NCBI GenBank assembly: GCA_002269645.1
Contig: NIVC01002760.1
Coordinates: 1 to 64,000, forward strand
DNA from: Macrostomum lignano
Lineage: Eukaryota
Direction of reading: 5' to 3'
Length of the DNA stretch: 64,000 nucleotides
The translations under genes and the position numbers were made by a program. Below the pieces are notes generated by a model. It had not been told where the DNA came from. It saw nothing but the letters and a program-made list of their open reading frames with translations, and did not search any database. Each line of letters opens with the position of its first letter. Positions within the stretch are counted from its first letter, which is position 1. This document shows positions 10,913-19,984 of this stretch, in pieces.

Positions 10913-13104
10913 TTTTAGTTGAAAAATTTGCTGGTAGAAGCTGGGATTTGTAAAATGATCCAATAATTTCTTCTCCATTCTCATCCTCAATAATGTAGGT
11001 TATGGGATTGGAGTAAACTATTTTCTTTATCCTAAACACTTCTGAAATTTTCCAATATCCTCTTCGACCCTTTTCAAAGTGCTCCTTATATCTATAGATA
11101 TGAACTTTGTCACCTACTTTGAAGTTTGGTTTCCCATTTGAATACTCGAAAGTTGGCTTTGGTACTCGCTCAGGATGTTTAGATGCTTCTGAAGGAGTTA
11201 TCAGAATCTCAGAATGGATTGTGTTGTTGTATTTTTCAACAATAGCTGGCAATGTGTGGAGCCACTTCTGATTACCCTGTAGATCAAATTCAAACCAGAG
11301 TTTATTTGTGAGAGTACGATTGAACCTCTCAATCATTGCATTCTTGGACTCGCCATAAATTGAAAACATCTTGTTTATATATTCACCCTTTTCATCCTTC
11401 TTTCTAATGTTGTCTTTTGAAAACGAATATAGCTTGTACATATGCTGATTATAAAACTCCTTGCCTTCATCTACACAAAGTCTCTCTGATCGTCTTCCTG
11501 ATTCCTTAAATACTTTTTGGAAAGCTTCTGCAACTTCCGCTCCCGTCTTTGTTTTCAAAGGAACTGCCCAGGCGTAACGTGTAAAACCATCTATGATAGT
11601 GAGAGCATATTTGTAACCTCTTTCAGGAGGAAGGATAATAATATCTGCATGCCAAATTGTGTCTTTTGCATAGTGAATCATTTTTCTAAATACTCTTGGC
11701 TTTCGATATTCTTTATGCAATTTTACTGCATCTTCATAGCTAAGACCCTTACCATAAATTGTTAGACAGTCTATACAATTGTTGGGGTTGTGAGTATGAA
11801 TGCCTAATCCAAACCGAACTTTAGCCTTGATAATACGCTTTACTAGATTTCGAATGAGTCTCTCTTTCACAGACAAGTCACTGGTTGGAATAGCATCTAA
11901 ATCAGCTATCATTTTTTCATCAGCTATATGCTTCTTTGCTAGAGCTTCCTCTGGATTTGAAGAAGTGTTTTCAGCATCTCTATAGTTTTTGTCATGATAG
12001 TAAGCAGTCCAATCGATTGGGTTAATTGGTAGACTGTCATACCGAGGCCGGTCTGTAATTGGATTGAGTCTCTTGTCTAAATTTGTACCCGGCAGTTGTT
12101 CCTCAATCTTTCGAAAGAGGCTGGACTTTATCTTAAGGCTTCATCAGGATTGACCAGATCCTTCAGCCCCACCCCCATTAAGTCTCTGAACCTTCTCCAT
12201 ATCCTTGTCAACTTCGTTCGGACTTAGGAGCTTGGCTGCGGATTTCCACCATGTCCTCAAGCTTGTTACCATCGAACCATAGGTTCGCGGACGAAGTCCG
12301 ATTGGGAACAGGAATTACCTGTGTTCCTTCAGAAGATTTCTCAACTGAAGTGGTACTTGAGGCTGTTATTGACGTACTAGAATCGGACGGAGTTCCCGCA
12401 ATTTGAAGGTGTCGCCAATCACTAAGCACTTGTTTAATGTTGGTTATAATGTTTTTGTATTGATCACCATAAAGAAATTTCAATGCAAATTCTCCTGTTA
12501 TAAGGGTGATTCCATTGTCTAGTAAAATATTCTTAGGTTCCTTTGTAGTTCTATTGATGCATACATAATACAACTGATAGGTGGGATAAGAATTTTTATA
12601 GTCTAATAGTTTCTGATAATTCCTTTCACGACTTGATGAATTGTCCGTGTTATCAGAAGATTTAAGCTCTAATGCAATCTTTCGCTCAACGTGAACCAGG
12701 TCTATCTTTTTTACCTTCTCGAATCCAAAATAATTTTCTGCTAATATTTCATATAGTCTGCCTAGTCTCATTTGAATAACTTTAATCTTGTGTGAAATTA
12801 TTAACTCTTCTTGGAAAAGATCATGAAGAATTTGATCATGCCCAACCTTATCATCAATTGGTTTCAGAAGAATTTCTCGAATTGTTTGCTCCATTTTTAC
12901 TATAGAAACTTTAACAAGTGCTTATTTGATGACTAGCAAGGACATTGACTTCCTCACTCAGGCCACTACGTAACCTGCAAAAGAATACCCTGGAATATGA
13001 AGTTCTCCTGGGTATTTTCCAGTGGCGAAGATGGGTGGTAGTTTTGTTATAGCTGACTGAATATCTAAAGCATTTCCTAGAAATAATGGTTTACTGAAGG
13101 CCAT
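10866..13104 (-). CDS. Parvovirus-type PLA2 + DDE (rve) integrase fusion, 452 aa after splicing; exons 12973-13104 and 10866-12092
   Basis: Exon 1 is MAFSKPLF...GELHIPGYSFAG (44 codons). Exon 2 is PGTNLDKRLNP...IDWTAYYHDKNY...KHIADEKM...KAKVRFGLG, then IWHADIIIL, IIDGFTRYAWAVPLKTK, LCVDEGKEF, MIERFNRTL. Exon 2 is in frame and stop-free. Confidence 0.92.
12093..12972 (-). ncRNA. Group I self-splicing intron, subgroup IC1 (880 nt)
   Basis: The 5' exon ends in U and pairs CAGGU/GCCUG (P1 U.G), and the intron ends in omega-G. P AAUUGCGGG (12395-12403), Q AAUCCGCAGC (12235-12244), R GUUCAGAGACUU (12180-12191), S AAGAUAAAGUCC (12123-12134). P3 CACCUUC/GGGGGUG, P4 UGCGGG/UCCGCA, P5abc with GAAA L5b, P6a/b, P8, P9.0 AG/CU and P9 with a GAAA loop all form. 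Confidence 0.96.
12208..12894 (-). CDS. Intron-encoded PD-(D/E)xK endonuclease, Eco47II-family restriction-enzyme-like (putative homing endonuclease)
   Basis: It has its own AAAAATG and the motif IDLV...ALELKSSDNTDNSSS. The domain lies in the loop of P2.1 (12-bp stem 12913-12924 / 12423-12434). The C-terminal ~70 codons read through the ribozyme core. Confidence 0.8.
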   Translation of the reverse strand: MEQTIREILLKPIDDKVGHDQILHDLFQEELIISHKIKVIQMRLGRLYEILAENYFGFEKVKKIDLVHVERKIALELKSSDNTDNSSSRERNYQKLLDYKNSYPTYQLYYVCINRTTKEPKNILLDNGITLITGEFALKFLYGDQYKNIITNIKQVLSDWRHLQIAGTPSDSSTSITASSTTSVEKSSEGTQVIPVPNRTSSANLWFDGNKLEDMVEIRSQAPKSERS

Positions 13105-13529
13105 TTTATATATATAAAATTTACTATCGTTGAATTGGATGACACTTTCATATTGTATATACCTGAAATTGCATTAAATTGACCCGAGGATCCAACCTTT
13201 CTCATGGTTTTAGAGCTGGAATCGTGAAAATTGCACTTTTTAAAAAAAATAGAAAATCACAAAAAATCGCTGTTTTCAGACCATTTTCACCTGTTTTTAG
13301 TCATTTTTCAGTTATTTTTAGTGATTTTCAAAATGAGTGAGGGCATGAGGGCGAGGGCACCCCCCCTTTTTAAAAGTATAAAAAATCCGGAAATTCTGTC
13401 TTCTGAGAAATATACCACAGGCCAATGCCCCCCACATGCCCTCACCCTCAACACCCTCAGTCACAGATATATGTATATTTATATATTTTTATATTTATCA
13501 CACCCCACTTGAACCCATGACCTCCTGGT

Positions 13530-13628
13530 AGTAGTAGTATGTTATAAGGGGTTGAGTCATCCAGCGAGCTGGCGCGCAATGCGCCCGAGCAATAAGTGTG
13601 GCGCAACCCCTTATAACATACTACTACT
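13530..13628. repeat. Terminal fold-back: perfect 25-bp inverted repeat around a 49-nt GC-rich spacer
   Basis: AGTAGTAGTATGTTATAAGGGGTTG (13530-13554) is the exact reverse complement of 13604-13628. Confidence 0.95.
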
Positions 13629-14025
13629 CAGCTCAGCGCCGACTGCCGCGTCAGCTGGGTGAGTCCTGACTGAGAACTGCTGCCTGACACTGAAAATACT
13701 GAAAATATTGTTTGGCGAAATTTCATTGCGCTTTGATGATCGGCGCCCTGAAGTTCTCAGCAGCGCCGCTGTCAAGCGAGGGCGTCATGAATCTGTCAGT
13801 GCAGCTCCTCATGGCGACTCCAACCGCCCCATGGCGCCCCCAACCTCCCCATGGCGCCCCAAACTTTTCCGTGGCGCCTCCAAACTCCCCATGGCGCCTC
13901 CAATCTCCTTATGTTCCCCCAAGGCTCACCCACAGATCAATCTGCAAGGGCTTCTAATTTACCAGAGGGCACGCACAAAATTGACTCCGACAAGGCTCTG
14001 GCAATGGCCTGAGTTCATTCAGCCC

Positions 14026-14609
14026 ACACAGCTACAGCACACAGCTACAGCACACACAGCAACAGCACACGGCTACAGTACACTTAGCTACAGAACACAC
14101 CGCTACAGCACACAGCTTCAGCGCACACAGCTACAGCACACAGCTACAGCACACAGCTATACAGCACACACAGCTACAGCACACAGCTACAGCACACACA
14201 GCTACAGCACACAGCTACAGCACACAGCTACAGCTCACAGCTACAGCACACACAGCTACAGCACACAGCTACAGCACACACAGATACAGCACACAGCTAC
14301 AGCACACAGCTACAGCACACAGCTACAGCACACACAGCTACAGCACACACAGCTACAGCACACAGCTACAGCACACAGCTACAGCACACAGCTACAGCAC
14401 ACAGCTACAGCACACAGCTACAGCACACACAGCTACAGCACACAGCTACAGCACACACAGCTACAGCACACAGCTACAGCACACAGCTACAGCACACAGC
14501 TACAGCACACACAGCTACAGCACACAGCTACAGCACACACAGCTACAGCACACACAGCTACAGCACACACAGCTACAGCATACACAGCTACAGCACACAC
14601 AGCTACAGC
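14026..14609. repeat. CACAGCTACAG(CA)-type 11/13-bp minisatellite
   Basis: Direct tandem repeats; they account for the spurious long ORF 13708-14811. Confidence 0.95.
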
Positions 14610-15586
14610 ATGCAAATTATCCCTCATTGCCTCAATTCGCATCGCCTCAGACCCGAAGGCCCCCCGTTCCTGGAGCGCTGGGACGTCGTTCGTCTTATCG
14701 GCCGCGGAGGCTTCGGAGAAGTCCACGAAGTTCGAACTGACACGGGCGTCACGTGCGCTGCCAAGACTCTCAGAATGCCTGTACAGCTCGGTGATGAGCT
14801 GCCCTCTGTGAGTTCAGAAATCCACAGAGCTGTGGAGAGCGAGAGAAACCTGTGCCGACTGCGGCATCCCAACATCGTCAGGTTCTTGCACATGGCTCAG
14901 CCGGAGCCCGCCACAGTCGTTGTGTTCATGGAGCTGCTGGACGGCCGGAGCTTGGAGAGGTTTATCGACAGCAAGCCGCTGGACGAGCCAAAGATTCGAG
15001 ACTTCAGCGAGCAGGTGAGCATTGTGCATCCTTGATGCTCCTGTTCCATGTTCCCATGAATGATGACTGCTCACTGACCAACCGCTCGCAGATCTGCCGC
15101 GCGCTGCTCTACCTGCACAGCCGGCAGCCTCCCGTGATCCACAGAGACATCAACTGCTCGAACATAATTGTTCATGCTGACAATACGCGAATCAAGCTGA
15201 TCGACTTCGGCCTGTCAATCAAGCTGGAGCAGTCAGTCAGCCACATGTCAGCCTCCACTCAGTCACCCAAAGGCACTCTGAACTTCATGGCGCCAGAGCT
15301 GCTCGGAGCGGGAGAGTCGGACAGCGTGCAGTACAGCAGAGAGTCGGACATCTGGGCGTTCGGCTGCTCGGTGTTTCAGATGGCCTCCGGCGCGAGGCCC
15401 TTCAGAGGCAACCAAAGCGTCTATCAGGTCGCCTTGAAAATTGCAAACAGTGGCGCCCCCGCCCTGCCGGACGGCCGGTCCGCAGAGCTGAGGGATTTCT
15501 ACAGCCGCTGCACCGCCATGGATCGCAGGCAGAGAAAAGACGCACAGGAGTTGCTTGAGCACGAGTTCCTGAGGAAAAACCTCTGA
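14610..15586 (+). CDS. STE/MAP3K-like Ser/Thr protein kinase, paralog 1 (intron 15015-15091; upstream exons not resolved)
   Basis: [17 protein letters not shown], intron CAG|GTGAGC...CGCAG|ATC, HRDINCSN, DFG, GTLNFMAPE, DIWAFG. Confidence 0.88.
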
Positions 15587-16084
15587 CTCTCAGTGCTAAC
15601 TTGAGTTGATTCTAACACTGTCGGGAGATTTTGGAGCTTTATGTTAGGCGTAAATCGAACGCGAACAAAATTTCTTTTTCTAAAATTAGCCTACACTTCT
15701 ATCCTTTTAAACTCTTCCTTATTTCATCGCCATGGCGCTTTAATTGCTATGAAAGCAGGTTCCATTTTTAGAGCGGTAGCTGGCCATTCGAAAAGCTGAG
15801 AAACAGAAAATTTCTTGAGTAGACAGCGAGAGGACAAAAAAGGAGGGCACCATCCAGCATCCAGCACCCACACAGCACCAACGCAACCGAAATCATTTCC
15901 ATTCTACATCACAGCTTATGATCTCCATTCTCCATCAGATGTATCCAATTTGTCATATCGTTTATTACTTGAACTGCATGGATTTTAAGCCACATGGGCA
16001 TTACTTGTGCTCAATCCGATTTGCTAGCATGGGCACATGCAGGGCTTCTGATGGAGCTCTATTTTTTCTCAATTGGAATTGATG

Positions 16085-16880
16085 GAGAATGGAGAAGCTG
16101 AGCTGAGACCTGATGATGAATAGAGAAGCTGAGCTGGGATCTGATGGAGAATGGAGAAGCTGAGCTGGGATCTGATGGAGAATAGAGAAGATGAGCTGGG
16201 ATCTGATGGAGATTAGAGAAGCTGAGCTGGGATCTGATGGAGATTAGAGAAGCTGAGCTGGGATCTGATGGAGATTAGAGAAGCTGAGCTGGGATCTGAT
16301 GGAGATTAGAGAAGCTGAGCTGGGATCTGATGGAGAATGGAGAAGCTGAGCTGGGATCTGATGGAGATTAGAGAAGCTGAGCTGGGATCTGATGGAGAAT
16401 GGAGAAGCTGAGCTGGGATCTGATGGAGAATAGAGAAGATGAGCTGGGATCTGATGGAGATTAGAGAAGCTGAGCTGGGATCTGATGGAGATTAGAGAAG
16501 CTGAGCTGGGATCTGATGGAGAATGGAGAAGCTGAGCTGGGATCTGATGGAGAATGATGAAGCTGAGCTGGGATCTGATGGAGAATAGAGAAGCTGAGCT
16601 GGGATCTGATGGAGAATAGAGAAGATGAGCTGGGATCTGATGGAGAATAGAGAAGCTGAGCTGGGATCTGATGGAGATTAGAGAAGCTGAGCTGGGATCT
16701 GATGGAGAATGGAGAAGCTGAGCTGGGATCTGATGAAGAATGATGAAGCTGAGCTGGGATCTGATGGAGAATGATGAAGCTGAGCTGGGATCTGATGGAG
16801 AATAGAGAAGCTGAGCTGGGATCTGATGGAGAATAGAGAAGATGAGCTGGGATCTGATGGAGAATAGAGAAGCTGAGCTG
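16085..16880. repeat. 31-bp minisatellite
   Basis: GAGAAGCTGAGCTGGGATCTGATGGAGA(A/T)T(A/G) tandem array. Confidence 0.95.
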
Positions 16881-19146
16881 TCGAGTCGATAATTCTCAGC
16901 AGTCAGAGCCTCTGCAGTAAGGAGGCTGTCAGCTCTACGAGTAATTGATGCAGAATGAGGTGTCAGCCCCTAGCAGGAATTTGAATTTATAAATTAGCCT
17001 AGACTTCTCACCGGTTTCAGAGATGTACTTCTAAACATTTTTCGACATTCTCTGTTCGAGCACCAGCCTGTCCCAGTCCCAGACCCGCCCTATAAAATGT
17101 GTTTTATTTACCTGCCACATTCTGTCTACATGACCCAAATTCGCAATCACACTGGCCTCCAAAAGGCCAATTATGAGTGCGAGACTCGCATCTGAAAACT
17201 CGCAGGCAGCGAATTTTACAGTCATTGAGCACAGGCGCAATGCAAAGCAGTGAATGGTTTGAGCGGGGCAGGGTTAGCGCTCAAGCAGTTTGTCTCTGTG
17301 CCACCAACCCCCCAGCCCAAAGAATTTGCTGCGAGTCCTCTTTTGACACGCGTTCGCAGGCTGCTGGCTCGGCCCTCAAACCTCAGCTTCGCCATTGTGC
17401 TCTGGGCATTGAGCTTGGCTGGTCTGGAGCTGCTTGGATGGCTGGGTCGGGGCGAGTACAGGCCTCATTCTTTCGCTTCGATGTGCTCACAGCCCCAACC
17501 CCAGGCCTCAACTCATGGCTGGGCGCCTCAGAGGAAGGATATGCAGAGGCCGCACACAGCAGCCCAGCTGCACACAGCGGTGCCTCATCAGCTCTGCCCC
17601 ATTGTCCAAAACCCCAGCACAAATCTCACCAGCTGTGTACCTCTGCCTTTCCTTGCCGAATGAGCTCAGCATCTCTGCTGCATCAGTTTGATCTTCTGCT
17701 GCTCATTCTGAGCTCTGACAGATGAAGAGCGAATGGAGGCTGGGAGAGGCAGAGAGTGGCTGCAAATTTGCTGATGCCACTGCTGAGAGACTGTAGCTAA
17801 TTAAGGACAGGTGCGAGACTGTTGCTAATTAGGGACAGGTGGGAGACTGTTGCTAATTAAGGACTGGTGGGCGAGCGGTGCACAGAGAACCTCGAAATGA
17901 GCGGCCCAGCAACTAAGCTGAGTGAGAAATTCTCAGAGACTTGCGGCTGCAAGCCTGCTGCAGGGAAGGAGTTGGAGAGGGGGGTGGGTGAGAGGGAGAT
18001 GGGGGAGAGGGAGATGGGTGAGAAACACAATAGAATAAGATGGTCATGGCACATAAGCAATGGATGTGTGCATGAGATATGGGTCATGGCACATGAGCAA
18101 TGGATGTGTGCATGAGATATGGGTCATGGCACATGAGCAATGGCTGTGTGCATGAGATATGGGCCATGGCACATGAGCAATGGCTGTGTGCACATACTTT
18201 ACATTGCTGCACTGCAGTGCCATCCGATATTGATCTGGCAGAGAAACTGAAACAGCAATGATTTCATCTGAGCAATGCAGGTGAATAAAAATGATTAATG
18301 CAGATCTGCTATGTCAGTCTGTTGCACCCAGTAAATCAATCCAAATATTATCAAAGTATAAAGATTAGCAAAATAAGCTCTGTACAGAATGTACAGTACA
18401 GAATGCACAGACTCATTTGAGCACAGAGCGCCATTGATGAGGTGCCACAGCAGGGTGAAGTGAAGGCAGCAAAGTCAGACACAAATTCATGCAGACTGCA
18501 GTCAAGCGAGCCATATTCAGTACTTGCAGTAGCACAGCTGGGTGCACCGTGTGCAGACTTGGTCAGTGAAATGCGGGATGCTCAGGCGGTGCCCACAGCG
18601 GCTCATTTGGAATCTTCCTGACATCTGCAGGATTAAAAATGTTGTCCAATCAGCTCTGGGGTGTCCAATGAATGTCTGAAATGGATGGGCAGCCCCATTG
18701 AAGCCTCTGAATTGACCTGAACTACAAATGACCTTGTATGGCCCCACAGACCTAATCCTGACCATTTATGACCCCACAGACTTTAGCATTACCTTATATG
18801 ACCTCATAGACCTAATCATAAAGCTAGACGATCCCACATACCTAGTCAAGATCTTGGATGACACCACACATTTAGCCATGACCTCAGATGGCCGAAGACC
18901 TCAAAGTGACCTTATATGACCCCACAGCAATAGAAAATAAAAGGCTCTCGAGATTTTGAAAAAACGCCTAAAATAAACCAATAATTATAATGTCACTCTA
19001 ATTGACCAGGCTCTCGAACCCGCTCTTTAACCGTGACCTCAAATGACACCAAAACTTGAAAAACCTGGAATCCCGTAACTTGACCCATAATGACACTTGC
19101 ATCAAGAGCGTGACCTCAATTGACCCTGTCGCCCCCCTCACCCGTG

Positions 19147-19230
19147 TGCTCAGGTGGGATCTGGGTGTGCTCAGGTGGGATCTGGGTGTGCTCAGGTGGG
19201 ATCTGGGTGTGCTCAGATGGGATCTGGGTG
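19147..19230. repeat. 21-bp minisatellite, about 4 copies
   Basis: TGTGCTCAGGTGGGATCTGGG repeats. Confidence 0.9.
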
Positions 19231-19518
19231 GGCTTCTTATACACGAAGCATTAGCAGAGTTTAAGTGCCGCCTTGGCGACCCAGACATGTTTAACGGCTC
19301 ACTCGTAAAACTCTTCCTACAGCGTTGCAGCTCCGCGTCCCCGCCCACGAGCTCGACAGAGCGTTCAGCCGCCTGGGCCGACTCCAGTCGGACTGCCTGA
19401 GGAGACTCGGTGAGAAATGATGAGGCGACAGTTGGTGAACTCGTCAAAACCTGCAGTCTGAGCGCAGGCAACCAGCTAAAAGGCACCTGGCACTTCATGG
19501 CACCCGAGGATGCTCATG

Positions 19519-19906
19519 GCAGAAGGGTGGTGACGCAGAAGGGTGGTGACGCAGAAGGGTGGTGACGCAGAAGGGTGGTGACGCAGAAGGGTGGTGACGC
19601 AGAAGGGTGGTGACGCAGAAGGGTGGTGACGCAGAAGGGTGGTGACGCAGAAGGGTGGTGACGCAGAAGGGTGGTGACGCAGAAGGGTGGTGACGCAGAA
19701 GGGTGGTGACGCAGAAGGGTGGTGACGCAGAAGGGTGGTGACGCAGAAGGGTGGTGACGCAGAAGGGTGGTGACGCAGAAGGGTGGTGACGCAGAAGGGT
19801 GGTGACGCAGAAGGGTGGTGACGCAGAAGGGTGGTGACGCAGAAGGGTGGTGACGCAGAAGGGTGGTGACGCAGAAGGGTGGTGACGCAGAAGGGTGGTG
19901 ACGCAG
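19519..19906. repeat. Homogeneous 16-bp minisatellite, about 24 copies
   Basis: GCAGAAGGGTGGTGAC repeated essentially without variation. Confidence 0.95.
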
Positions 19907-19984
19907 TAGACTGAGTGACTCCAAAGTACTCAGAAAGCCCCAAGCAACACAAAATTCATCGAATTCCTTCATTTCATGTTTCAG

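Larger units (their letters stand above)
1..13628 (-). mobile_element. Endogenous Polinton/Maverick-like (adintovirus/PLV-type) virus, right part; left end lies outside the window
   Basis: Co-oriented compact AT-rich genes: D5 primase-helicase, adenain-like protease, minor capsid, A32 ATPase, major capsid, pX-like protein and DDE integrase. Most genes start with AAAAATG. The terminus ...CATACTACTACT matches the Maverick-type AGTAGT end. Composition shifts abruptly to GC-richer host DNA after 13628. Confidence 0.95.

Noticed and set aside
10866-10920. A chromodomain at the integrase C-terminus
   Set aside because: No chromo motif is present. The tail overlaps the next gene and may be lengthened by a homopolymer error.
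12073-12110. A deletion of the PLA2 Ca2+-loop (QLPGTN) in a stand-alone ORF upstream of the integrase
   Set aside because: The missing half (ELHIPGYSFAG) is at 12973-13005, on the other side of the group I intron.
12085-12972. A strong P10 pairing between the 3' exon and the internal guide sequence
   Set aside because: Only weak or partial complementarity could be found, so it is not claimed. P9.0 and omega-G define the 3' splice site instead.
12093-12972. Treating the insert as a spliceosomal intron
   Set aside because: It ends in CTG, not AG, and has a complete ribozyme core. The upstream GCAG|GT would give the wrong phase with no AG acceptor at the required position.
13530-13628. The 99-bp fold-back as an independent mini-transposon
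   Set aside because: The flanks (CCTGGT and CAGCTC) are not duplicated, so there is no TSD. It is better explained as the element terminus.
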